Shown here: positions 24,611 through 36,977 of the stretch, one piece after another
How positions within the stretch are numbered: position 1 is the first letter of the stretch
Layout of the letters: every line of letters starts with the position of its first letter
Source: Rhodosorus marinus CCMP1338
Taxonomy: Eukaryota; Plantae; Rhodophyta
NCBI GenBank assembly: GCA_029953675.1
Contig: JAMWBK010000002.1
Span: 248,001-312,000 of the forward strand
Length of the DNA: 64,000 nucleotides
Direction: 5' to 3'
Notes under the pieces: generated by a model
What the model was told of the DNA's origin: nothing
Seen by the model: only the letters and a program-made list of their open reading frames with translations
Database searches by the model: none
Position numbers and translations under genes: made by a program

Positions 24611-25518
24611 GGGCTCCTTACGTTGGCGTCCCCCATAAAACCGATTTCCAACTTGACGATGTCGCTCGATATGTATGTTTTACCGCCTCTTCCCGGTCCT
24701 TGGCACACCCCCGAACTCGCGCTTCACCACATCCTGCTACACTGCCTGTACAGAAGACTCACCAACAACATCCCGCGATTCAGCTCTTCAAGAATAACTT
24801 CCAAACAAAAAAAAAAGAAAAAGTGAGGGCCTGCCTGCAAGCGGAAAACTGAATGCATCGGCTCAACGCAGAACCCGCGAAAACCGGTAAGCTATAAAAG
24901 AAAGTCGACATAAAAGCATTTTGACAATGTCACACCTCCCACCTCCCCAACCCCCAAAGCCCCGCCCGCTACACTCTCCCACCCTTCCCTCCTCATCATG
25001 CCTCAAGTCAATCAAATTCCCACGGCAATCCTGAATTAACAGACTTTTTCGTTGACCAACTTTCGATGACGAACATGGCCAACACCATCGACTGGAACAT
25101 TCGCCTAGAGTGTGACCAAAAAGCCTTTCCAAACTACATTTTTCTTGGCCAAATTCTCAGCTCATGAAGGTTTGTTGAAAAAACTGGCTCGTACTTGCTA
25201 GGACCCTTGCCATAGGCGCAACAGCAGCTTGGCCCCAAAAATTCATGAACGAAATAAACCAAGTGGAGAACATTCGTCGCCCCCGACCAAAATTGCTCCT
25301 CAAAAAGTTCTAAACGAGCGATCCAAGGGAACATTGGCTTTCAATATATGGCCAATCTAACAGACCACTTGCTTGGCCAAAAATACCAGGTCAAATGTTC
25401 CAATGAATTTTGGCGAAGCTTGTAACTTGTTGATCGGTGGCAAAGCAAAGTCGTATGGTATCGATGGGTTGGAGGCGAGACGTAGATGCTTGACCCGATG
25501 GGCGTGAACGTCAGTCAG

Positions 25519-26973
25519 ATGGAGGATAAAGGAATAGCGATCCTTTACCGATCAGGATGGGACGGATGTTATCTCCACTACACCGATGATGATGGACAGA
25601 CGTGGACGGATCTACCTGGAGTACCATTCGAGAAGTGGTATGGCGGCTGCAGTATTCGCGCTTCACCAATTCACAAACGATCATCTAAAACCTCACGCCA
25701 TGCTTCTTGAATGTTTCAAACCAGTGACGAAGGGGAAGGATGGTATCGAGTTTTTCTTGAGTCCAAAGAGCGGATATCCTTTGCCGTCAACGACGGAGGT
25801 GGTAACTGGGACAACCCCAGAAAGCAGAAAAACTATGAGATCACTTCGACCGGCTCTTATGTATTGAAAGGTGGTAGAGTCTCGACTCTTACAACAGATG
25901 GTGTGAACTAAAGGCTCATCTATTCGAGCTCTCCGCAACCCCCGTTCTGAGCTGAGAAATCGCATCGTTCCCCCGCGCCCAACGTGTAATCTCAGGAATT
26001 AACCGAGTTCTGGTAGTCTCCGATCTCGACGGTACGATGATTGGAGATGATCATGGTACGAAGGACTTCTCGGAAATATGGTACAGAGAGCTATCCCTTC
26101 GTGAAGGTCAACTAGTGTACAACACCGGAAGATCGCTGAGCTCGTACGTTCAGGTTCAGAAGGAGAAAGGCCTTCCTCAGCCTACGGCCCTTATCACGGC
26201 CGTGGGGAGCGAGATTTACTGGATTTCTAACTCCAATGAGGTAGTTCTCGATGAAGAATGGGCTCAATCTTTGAGGAACAACGGTTGGAATCGCGAGACT
26301 GTTGTATCGGTACGCTTGCCCATTGGAAAAACAAACGGCGCAACGCAGCAGAGTTCGTGGTTTAACTAACTGCCAATCCCCGAATCAACCAATCTAGGCT
26401 TGTGATGATGTGGTGGCCTCTGACAAGGCTCATTACAGACCGGCTGACGAGCAGTTGGAGTTCAAGATTGTACTTGGAGTGAAGAAGTCGGATCTAGACG
26501 AGGTCCAGTCATCAATATCAAGCCGAATTGAAGCCGATGGTTGCAAAGCAAAACTTGTAGTTAGCGGGAGTGGCGAGTGGAGGTGAGCAGGCATACTCGC
26601 ATTGCTCTACCACAATATGTTCCCTCTTCATCAGCGTTTGGAAATTTGCCACTGACGACAAGCCTCCTCCTCTTCCAGGTTTCTGGACATCTTGAGCCCG
26701 ACGGCTGGGAAGTTGTCTGCGATGCAACGAGTGAGAGAGAAGCTCGGTTTCGGGCCAGAACAAACTGTAGCGTGCGGAGATTCTGGTAATGATATTGCGA
26801 TGATGGAGGGTAGCGAACGCGCGATTATCGTTGGTAACGCACAGGAGGAGCTCATGGATTGGTACAGGTCGAACAAAGACGGCAACGAGGATCGTATTTA
26901 TGTATCCGATAAGAGATGTGCACACGCAATTGTTCAAGGCTTGCGGAGCATGGGGTTTGTCGTAGACAATTAG
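25519..26973 (+). CDS. CBM25 starch-binding module fused to sucrose-phosphatase-like HAD-IIB phosphatase (5 exons)
   Basis: CBM25-like YRSGWDGCYLHY...WTDLPGVP...FAVNDGGGNWDN...NY. HAD motifs SDLDGT, NTGRS, ITAVGSEIY, EQLEFK, AGK, GDSGND. Introns ~25638-25724, 25901-25995, 26310-26397 and ~26583-26678 keep frame. Confidence 0.9.
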
Positions 26974-27271
26974 CGTCGAGATGGAAGCCGGAGCTCCTGA
27001 TGGTGGACCTCGTCCACCGGACACAAAAAAGCTCAAGTTGTGCACTTTAATGTACATCCATCACAACCCATCAACACGGGTCGTCAAGTAAAATCGGAAA
27101 TTACCAATATCCCTTGAGCAACTTGCAAGCCCGGACGTTACCAACGAAATTAGAGGAGCAGACCGGGAGCTGGAAAAGCTCCGATTACTTGCGCAAGTGA
27201 TTATTTGCAGTTGGGAGCCATTGCACAAGGCATCCTCACAGAAAAGTTAAACCGCGATTCCACTACCAAAA

Positions 27272-28946
27272 TCAAGAAAATGACTGAGTTAGGCCTATCT
27301 GCAACCCGTTCTTCTCTCTGTCACTTCCAGAAGATCGAACAACATGGCACCAGTTCAGTTCCAATCTGCCTATAGGCAGCGCGGCAGTAATGCCAACGCC
27401 CACGGACGCCCTTGTGCTTTCAAACCACGACGTCGGCTTCAAAACCTGCGCGACGACAACAACAGAACAGACCACAAAAAGGATTTTTCCAAACATTTCA
27501 ATTACGGTTCGGATCCAGAGGATTGCTGATGACTTCTTGAACGCCTGCCTACCTTAGGAGTCAACGACTCAAGGCTGTTCACGTCACCCACCATGCCCCA
27601 GACGTGGGCCTTTGCAAGGACCGTCCTTAGCAATCCACTCATACCGATAGGGATCGCAAGACCCATAAACATGGTAGTATAAAACTCTGCGCCCAGCGGA
27701 TCCCTTCCGTCATGTTCTCCAACTCCGCGACTTCGAAACCCTCTCATCGACGCTGGGCCCCCAACAATGAAACGATCAATGACATGTACAGGACCACCCC
27801 TAGGAAGCCTATTGATCATTCCCATCTTGGCACAGCTGTTAAAGACTAGGCCAGATTGACCAAGTGGGAGATGAACTGGAATTCGATAAAGAGATGGAGA
27901 CCCTCAGAGCTCCAGGGGACAACAGCTCCCGTAAGAGATCGAGGAGCACTTACGTTGGCCTTCGTATTCGTGAAGAAAGTGCCGAGCATCTCCGAAGAGT
28001 CCGGCGAGTTCCGCTTTGACTGAGGAGAACAATCCGAAGTTGGGGCTGAGTGGATTGTCTCTGAGGTCAATGACAGACGCCGCTGTAACCGCGCTCTTAA
28101 AGCTATGACCGCACTGCTCCCTTATCTTGGCTCCAGATGAGTTCGGTGCTTGTCCAACCTTTGATTGTATGAATGGAATGTCATCAGTGGACTGATCTGT
28201 TGTCCGGGAAGAGCGGGTGCTCTCAAAATTACTTACATTTCTCCATGAAGCTTCGTACGAAAGCGTAAGGAGCGGAAGCGATAGAATGACGTCTGCACCG
28301 TACTTGTCGACGGTGTAAGAGAGTTTTTCCTCGGTGGAGTAGAGACGGAATCCGAGACTCGACGCCAAATCGAACAAGAACGGCTTTGTGAATTCCAGTG
28401 CAAAGTAGTTCTTAGATCCGATGCTGGAGCTCGCGCTAGAGGTCATGGAGGTAGGACTAGCTCCGGCATTTGCACGCAGGGTTTCCAACCTCCCAAAGAC
28501 ATTTCTGATGTGGAAACTTCCGCCTACAGTCGTATCCTGGATGAGAAAGCAGTTGTTTTCATTGAGCTCGAAGTTATGATCTGCCAAAGGAGAACCGAGT
28601 GTCGGGCAGCCAATACCCCGAAGCTTCCTCCGCTTTCAGTTCCAACGGTTATGCTTGTTCTCTGCTTCTCTTCAACCGAGAAAATCACATCCGTCTTGCC
28701 CTTCTCCTCGGACTCCTCCAAGTATGCTTCGACGGACTCAAACGTGTCGGTCTGTTTAACTGCCTCAATAACTTCGCTTAGCTTCTCCAAGATCGATCCA
28801 AACGTATCTCCCTCGCCAGAAAGGCGTAGGATCCATTCCAGAAAGTCTGGCCTTGTCCTCTTTGAACCAAGGACTTGGACACCACCAATCTGAAGATCAG
28901 CTCCCAGGGCCTTCTCCAGCTGGCTCTCAGTGATCTCCTCTTCCAT
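27272..28946 (-). CDS. SAM50: Mitochondrial SAM50 / Omp85 beta-barrel assembly protein (multi-exon)
   Basis: POTRA-like VQVLGSKRTRPDFL, barrel start GSFHIRNVFGRLE, DRFIVGGPASMRGF (VRGF motif), C-terminal RASVGVG...GRLELN...LQIGLTQSFS*. Confidence 0.92.
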
Positions 28947-30038
28947 TTGTATCTCTCCAGTTCGTTACCGATCGAACAGCCAGACAAAAAAAAGAAAAAA
29001 GAAAAAAACCAAACAAGACTCGATCACCTCACCACTTCAATCATCACGATCAGGACGACTACTCTTAGGCTTATCCCGATAAAAGATCAGAGTCAATAGA
29101 GATCGTGACAATGGAATTTGTCGTTCCTGTGCACAAGTCGTGATCATTCAAGTTCTGCTGTTAAAAGTTCCACTCATGGATCATAGTTTCCACCCATCAT
29201 TCTAAAACCGATATCGACTTCTCCCGTATAGTACGCTTTCGTTTTCTTCACTAGCTGCTTTGCGGTACTGGATATTGGTGCTAAAAGGTGTAGACGATCT
29301 TCATAGAGTGATCGCTTGTTGTTGAAGATCGGAATATGAATAGACTGGATTTAGCAAACTAGGATTGTTCTACTTGAACTTCTTAAGCGAAACCCAAGGC
29401 CGCAATGCCTACCAAGTGTCAATCACCAGAAGACGATGCCGACGGTCAGAGGAGACCAGTTCATCAGTTTGATTATTTGTTGCGAAAGAGCGTCTTCTAT
29501 TGAATTGAATGGGTCAGCTGTAGCAAGCTAGGGTTTTTCCTTGAACGTCGAAAACGGACGATCCATCGTCCGGATCGGCACCGGCGTTCTACAAGCGGGA
29601 AGGGCTGTCAGAGAAGGCGGCTTCTCCAAGTGAACGATCGATTCTCCCATAAACACTGAGAGATCGCTAATCAACCTTGAGAGTCACTGTCTGAACTAAA
29701 TCAGAAGAGCAAAACCGTCAGAGAAGGGTAATCCTTCCCGTTGGTTGAGACCCAGCTAAGCCTCCCTCCCCTCTCTCTCTCTCTCTGTCTCTCACACGCT
29801 ATCAGCAAACCTCTCGTCACCTTTACATGCAGCGAGTGTTGAAGTGGTTCCCGACACTGATCATCAGACCTTCACATTCTTCTCAACAGCTTGTTCTCCT
29901 CTGGAGAAGATGAGATACTGACCTGAGAGCGGGTGACTGGATGGAGGTTTTAGGAGGATTTGGGTAGGCGCTCTTCTGGTTTAGTATTATGTCAATGTGG
30001 CTAGTTGATAAAGCACTGTGAGGTTTTGTTCTACCAAG

Positions 30039-31339
30039 ATGACGGAGTACCGGCCGTTTGAGGAAGCGAAAGGTGTATTTCGATCTTCACGACCTCCTCT
30101 TCGTCACAATCCGTTTTTGCTAAGCAAGTCTGGAGGGGATGCGAATGTAAGGAAGCGTCCGAGGGAAGGGGAACAGGTTGGAAATAAAAATTCTGGAGAT
30201 CAGCCGAATCGAGCCGCCCCAGCTCAGAAGTCGACGTCGATCTTGACTCTCTTCGATCACCCGCCTGTTCACTCGGACGTGGTGTATGTCCTGGTTGATT
30301 TGATCTTAAGACAGGACCCGAGCCGGTTGAAAGGAAAGAACTTGGTATGTATTCTCTTCTCCAAATGAACCTCAAGCGAACAGATAAGGCTAATCGCTGA
30401 CCCTCTTACTTCCTTGGACTTGTCCTGCCCCAGGAAATAGAGTCAAAGTTGGGAATAATCTATGACAAAAGCAGTGGAAGTCGAGTCGCTGACGATATTC
30501 CAGTATGTACGAACTCAGCTCTAAGATCAGCATATCATCAAGACATGCGATTCAGTTCGACGGTCAACCTCCAGAGTTTCAAAACTATAAACGAAATGCT
30601 GAACAAATGGGTGATAAAGAGCCCCAGACGCTCGGAGATCGACTGCAAACACGTCACGGACGTGGATACCTATTACGAGAACGGGGCGAGAGAAACTAAA
30701 CGGGTTAAGCCATCGGATGGCGTTGGAACAAGGTGAATCAACACGGTAGTATCTATCGCTCTCGCAACTCAAAGGAGTTGTCCATCGCAGCACGGAATAC
30801 TGATACCAACGCTTCGTGTTCATCTATGAAGGGTACTACGCAAGCAGCGGCTCGCCGATCTCAACGTAACCTGCCCGTTATCTCAATACGACCTGAGATA
30901 TTCGCTTTCTTCAGAAGAAGACCTCGCGAAATCGGGATCCAGTCGCGCTAGGTCAAGGAGGACGAAGAATCGACAGTCTTATCGGTTCTCAAATGTCGTT
31001 ATCGATATCACAGCGGTGAGTATATGGGGGACTGCGCCTAAAAACCGCCTTCACCCGCAAGTTTGCTGACCTGGGAGATCGTCATGGCGCCAGGTCGAAC
31101 TTGAGGAACCGTTGACTTCAGAGGGAGATAAGCTGGTTTCTGTGGGTGTTCCGCAGAATACGTTCGAAGTCGAGGTTGAGCTAATCTATCCCGATGGTTT
31201 CGACCTTCTTAGGGAATGTGAACACATCAAGGTCCGGAAAGAGCAGGGCGACTCTGTGCATACTTCATCATTGCACAAGCTCTTGCAAGAACTCGTCGAC
31301 ACCGTGAGGGGAATCCTTACAGCTACGGACAGGAGATGA
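30039..31339 (+). CDS. CET1: Cet1-type (triphosphate-tunnel metalloenzyme) mRNA 5'-triphosphatase, stand-alone (4 exons)
   Basis: After splicing (30345-30433, 30733-30831, 31016-31093): motif A EIESKLG, KQRLADLNVTCPLSQYDLRYSLSSE, RTKNRQSY...IDITAV, motif C FEVEVEL. Confidence 0.88.
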
Positions 31340-31596
31340 GAGAGATCACCGACTCATGCTCATATAACCCATTCGAACAACGAGAAACACCAAAGTTTTG
31401 AAGTCTAACAACAAGATCTACGAACCCACCAACTTTGCTCACCCCGGCAGTGTTGGTCACAAGCGGCTCAAGAATATACTATCGCACACGCTTCCTGCTT
31501 TCAGAGCCCGAGCACGAAGACGACAAAACAGGGCCAGAGGTTGATCGCTGTGGTTCCTTTTGTCAGACCTGCTTGTCGTCTTGGAATCGATAATGT

Positions 31597-32758
31597 CTAC
31601 TTAACGTCACAGATATTGAGCATGTAGACTTCAGCTGGAGTGTGGGTGTTTCTTACGCATTCCAGATTGTGCTCCTGAGATTCCGACCAAAGCATAAAGC
31701 AGGAAACCGCAGTACAGAGTCAGTAAGAAGATATCGGGCGGCTATAATGTGTGAGCAAGATTTGAAAGATCGAAGAACAGGGCGCTGGATTTTGATCGTC
31801 AAGGCAACTGTGCTATTCATCCATACGCCTTACTCCATTCATCTGGAGCTTTGGTTGGGGATAGAAGAGGTTCTAACCTGAATCGTTTTCAAAAACTTCT
31901 CAATGTCATCAACTCCGCGTCGTTGTGAAATAATCAGGACTTTTGTCTTCTTCTCAGCGAGTCTTGAGATGGTTTTCGCGATATCGGCCCACGCCCCTTC
32001 CTTGTAAGTTATGTCAGCTCCAAGAATCCAGTCCCAAGAGGTACTTTCCAAGGGTTTCATGTCCTCCTCCACACCCCAGCGAAGCTGGCGGAAGGAAACA
32101 TTCTTCAGGGCACCGTTTGCTCTTACGTTTTCTTTCGCCAACTCCAGCATTCCTGTTATTGATGCGCAGAAAACCAGACGAAGGGCACCGTGAGTACCAA
32201 AAAGCCAGCACTTGGTTCGCTAGCTGGGCGTCGCTTACTGGGGTCCCCATCGGTGCATGTAACCTTGGCTCCAAGCTTTTCTACAGCAATTGTTGTCAGA
32301 CCCGTTCCTGTGCCCAGCTCGAGGACATTGGATCTATTCAGAGCTGCCCTTGGAACTTTCGTGGATAGATATCTGGACATCTTTTCTCCGGCGGGCCATA
32401 CAACCACTCCGGTTGAAGTTTCGCTCGGATTACCCCAGAGCTGCTTGATAAGCACGGGCCTTTTTCCAATCAGCAGTACTCGCTCATCCATATATATAGA
32501 GTCAAAGTCATAGTCCTCGGAAAACACACTCTGCGGGTTTGAGACGACATACTGAGCTGTTTTCACTAAAACCGGCATCGGCGGTAAAGAATCCAGCCAT
32601 GGCACAAGACTGCCCGCGATCAACGCCGCACCAACCGTTGCGGCAGCAACCCCACGATTCAGGGGCACGGGATTCCTCACCGCGCAGGTCACCACTGCAC
32701 GACGATGACCGCAGGGGTTTGAACTGGTTACAGACAGAAAACAAAGCTCTTTATACAT
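31597..32758 (-). CDS. METTL21/Methyltransf_16-family SAM-dependent protein methyltransferase, possibly plastid-targeted (3 exons)
   Basis: TGVVVWPAG, VLELGTGTG, VTCTDGD, LRWG, ILGADITY. The last exon EHNLECV...DVK* is inferred from a branch point and acceptor. Confidence 0.85.
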
Positions 32759-35222
32759 TGTAGTTCATCCTTGTCAACTAACCTCTTGTTCTGTGGTCAG
32801 CTTGTCCTCCCTGCGTTCCTCAACAACCAGAACTAGTTCCCCTCCGTAAAAAACAGAATGTGATAAGTAAATCTCATTCCGACCAATGAGCATCTTTGCT
32901 ATCTTTGGAAGGTGGCGAGGAGATCACATCATATCTAGCGGTGCTTTTTTCTGACCGCCTAGTCCTTGCGAAGAAATGACTGACCTAGAAAGTAAGATCA
33001 GGGCCCAGAGTCTGAAGGAGTGGGTCAAAGCGCAACCGAAACTAGTCTTCTACACCGTTCCGGGGTCTCCCCATCCTCTCTCCCGGTGGCGGGACCGCTC
33101 AGAAGCTCTCAAGACATATTAAAGACTCAATATGGACACACAGCACTCTACAAGAGTTGAGCCCTTATGGTGGAGAATGCACAACGATCGCGGGATTATA
33201 CCCGGCTTGGTAACAACCAGCCTCCGCTAGCAAACTACAAAAAGTCTGCGGGCAAGATTCTTTGCCCTTGCAGACTGATGTTTGTCACACAACCCGTGCA
33301 ATTCGTCCTGGATGTCCGGAGGACTGGTTGGAGGGCTTAAACCTTGAAGAAGCATTCTACAACCAGGACATATTTCGTAGTGCTCTTCCATCTGTTTTTC
33401 AAAAGCTAAGGTAGACTCCACGGCTTCTTACAAACTTTCAGACAAGCTCGGTTTAATGCGTTCTTTTGCGAGGCTGAATCTTCTTGAGGAGTGTGGCCAT
33501 TATCTTCTCTCGTCTTGGTCGAGTATTTTCATCTGACCAGCTGAATCTTAAGTGCATGTGCCTCGACGCTCCGTTGTATCAATCAAAAACTAGGTTAAAA
33601 TTTTCATTGGGGGGTCTTTGATGTTGTTTGCTGGTTTACAGCCAATCATCCCAGGAAATTTTCGGCATTTATCAGGCAAATTCCAGACCGAGTATATTCC
33701 TTTGTCAACGGATCGGTGTACCTTGCTTATCGTAGAAACACGCGCTTCTGCAACGCTGCTATGCCCGACGGATGTGTATCTTCAATTCCCTCGGTCAAGT
33801 GTTGCTAGTGGCTAACAGCTGCCATGTCGTTTAGCTTGAAGATAGCCTGAAGCGGTCGTATTTTTGCATTCGACGAGGTTTTTTCTTCTACTACGACGCG
33901 TTTTGTTCCCTCTGACGAGCAGTGCGTAAAGAGTCGTCGCCAAAAAAAAAATGCCTTCTGGGATCCGCAAGGCGATGACTAGGTTAGCCGAGCTGAAGTC
34001 GCTCTATCTTGACCCGATATTTGGAGATCCGGGACTCGATCTTACCGCGCACGCAGCTAGTCCTTCAGCGGCATAAGCCGTTTAGAGCTAGTACTTGCCT
34101 CCTGCGTAGTTTCGGAACGTGAGACGCGTAGGTCGAAATACCCGCGGAAGGTTGAGGGGCTCACCATACGAAGGCAGCTCATTATGAAATCGAGATATCG
34201 GCATTGCTTCTCAATTGTCATAAGCTCCTGCTTGCGAAAGTGCTGTCTTCTGCTACCTCTACTGGATGCTGTCTCTGACTACAAAGCGAACACAGTCCAT
34301 TCCTCAAATCTAAGAACAGGAACGTGCTCCTCGCACATACTCTGAACCCCTCAATGGAAAACGATTAAATCAACAAATAGAGATAAAAAAAATTTCTTGA
34401 GCAATAGTCGGAAATAGTGCTTAAAAATCCCCCCGTGGAATTTGCCGGAAGCATATATCTTAAATCATTACGTATTTATGCTAAACATTCAGAAAAAGAC
34501 CTAGTCAGACCGCTAGGGAACAAAAAAGTCCAAAATATAGGATGCCCAACCTCAAAACAACGCAAGAAAAGGCGCGAACATAACTCTAAAGAAAAACAAA
34601 GCGTGTGACAAAATATTGACTGATATTCAGTCAAAATAGTGGACTGAGCTGGGGCGGTCAATCTCGGCCGAGGACAAAACGCAAGATTTGTGGTCAGTCA
34701 TTATAGATCTTATACTGACACCTGAAATACAATATATTTCTTATAATGATTGTTCTCATTTCAAAACTTCGTACATAGTACTAATACCTTCAATCCAGCA
34801 ACGTTTTCAATCCCGCAACCTTTGCACCCCCATATCTAGTATCACAATATACGTTAGACGGTTTTTGAAAGAATATTAGAGGATTCAGGATCGTAAAAAC
34901 CGAAAAGAAAGGGGGGAAGAGGGGGGGGCAGAGAGAAAGGTGCTAAAATACTGTTCTTTTGGGGATGAGGGCTTGTTGGGTTTGAGGAGGGGGAAGGAGG
35001 GGCATTTTGGTGAATGTCTTTTTTTTGGAAGGGTTGGAGAGGGAGGGTGGATGGATTCTAGTATTGCTTTTGGTTTGTTTGAGCTGTAGAAGGCTTCTGT
35101 ACAGACTGTTTTTCTCCTTTTTTTTATTTTACCAGGCAAGGGGCGGAAGAACGAAGCTTTGAAGGAGTGGGGAGTAGCCTTGGTTTTGAACTGTCTTGGT
35201 TAGTCGGCACATTGTTTCAAAG

Positions 35223-36118
35223 ATGACGGAGAAAGGGCGTATTGTTAAGATGGTGAGCCAGGATCAGGAGGAATTTGAGGTTGAGTATGGTGTTGCGACC
35301 ATGTCTACGTTAATTGCGAATGTTCTCCAAGGTGAGATGTGTGCGAAGAGCTTTCCAGTTGTGCAAGGGCTTACGTGCTAACTTTTTGTTTCGCTGGTTG
35401 GTGTTTTTTCAGACGTTAGCGAGGAGACGACAACCGTGCCCATTCCCAATGTCAACGCTCAAGTTCTCGCAAAGGTTTGTTCTTGTGCCTTTTCTGGGAA
35501 CGTGTCTTGTAGAATATCTAAAGCTTGGCGTCTATCTGCACCAGGTCATTGAGTACTGTCGATATCATTATGAAGCGAAGAGGATTGATCAGTCTGAAGA
35601 GGACATTGAGAGGTGGAACAAAGATTTCATGAAGGTTGACAACAAGACGCTGTTCAATATCCTAATAGTAGGTTGATCCTCCCTGTGCGTTCTCTATCCG
35701 GGAGACTGCTGGATAGCAAATCGAAACGGCCCCGTTTGTGCCAGATAATGTTTTGCTTATTCTCCGTTCCATCCGCTTTCTTGCAGGCTGCTAGTTTCCT
35801 GGACATTGCTGATCTACTTGACCTCGGGTGTAAGACGGTAGCGGGTATGATAAAGGACAAGAGTGTAGAACAGATTCGAGAGCTTTTCTGTATTGAGGGT
35901 GACTTCACCGAGGAACAGGAGGTACGTGTTCTATTAGTTTCGTGCGAGGACTTTGCCTCCACGCCTAGCGCGAGAGCTCAGCGATTTGCGTTTCCCGCGC
36001 AGTCAAAGCCAAGTTGGGCTCATTTTGCGTATCATCTCCATCTGGTTTCTAGGCAAAAATGCGGGAGGAGAATAACTGGGGCTCGGAGATGTCTCAGGAA
36101 AATAATGCCGCACAGTAG
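35223..36118 (+). CDS. SKP1: SKP1-family SCF adaptor (5 exons)
   Basis: [79 protein letters not shown]. Confidence 0.93.
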
Positions 36119-36716
36119 TCTGGCAAGGAACCTTTGAGGCCGTCCCCGTAGCCATCACCCAAAATCTGCAACTGCTTTTGGGGACAAGTGAAGAAAACCT
36201 AACCCATTTAAGAGTTGCTAAATATGTAAGTCTATTCTAAGCTGCCCAGCGAGCGCTCTTCGAGTAGAAAAACAGTAAAGAACCAAGCTCTGTAACCAAA
36301 CACACCAACAGCAGGTCTTCCCAGAGCCAAACCTGCCCATTCAAAATGTCATCAAACTCAAGGCTCTACAGGATAATAGCAAACAGAACCCGAAGAACAG
36401 CAGCTCGGAGAACGGCTCACCCTCCGTATTCATCGACAACTACTTCCAGCATCCAGTAAGGAACTCATACTCGTCGATCTTATCAGAGGACGAGTACTGC
36501 AGCCTCATTTGCTCTGTACCAACGTAACAATCCAAATGCTTGCCCAAAACCAATCCTCGACAGCAGTCCTGTACTTCCCCGACGTCAAGCGCAAGTATAT
36601 TAGCAAAGAAGAAGGACGTGTTGCCCATCTTGACATCAAAGAGTATCATCGGCCATGGATTTGGCCACTGAAACGTGTGGACGAAATTCTTCATTAGGCC
36701 TTGACGTCCAACTCCA

Positions 36717-36870
36717 GGCTGATGTAAATAACTCTTTTGACTTATGACTCCATACTGATGTACAACTACGGAGTGATATGTGAATCTTTGGACGCATGAC
36801 TCCGAGTGATGAATAACTCAGGAGTGACGTGTAACTCTTGACGCATGACGCCATATTGATGTTAAACTCT
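36717..36870. repeat. Three degenerate ~51-bp units upstream of the AN1 zinc-finger gene
   Basis: Recurring TGATG...AACTC and GAC(G/T)(C/T)ATGAC(T/G)CC blocks at about 36738, 36791 and 36840. Confidence 0.55.
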
Positions 36871-36977
36871 ATTGAGGATTTTTGGTACTTAAGGAGAATA
36901 TATAGAGCCTTGGAGCTTCGGGAGAGAGGTGCTGAGGAGGGGTTGGTAGTGGTACCTGGTGTGTTTCTTTATGAGGA

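Noticed and set aside
33000-34330. Possible decayed gene or TE fragment (MEEHYEICPGC...)
   Set aside because: Stops in all frames and no recognisable family.
15396-34550. 16-bp inverted match AATATAGGATGCCCAA between ~15400 and ~34535 as possible transposon ends
   Set aside because: The match does not extend, and one such match is expected by chance in 64 kb.
36140-36697. Possible small spliced gene downstream of SKP1 (GTAAGT and GTAAGG donors)
   Set aside because: No start codon, and phases do not give one convincing protein; may be SKP1 3' UTR introns.
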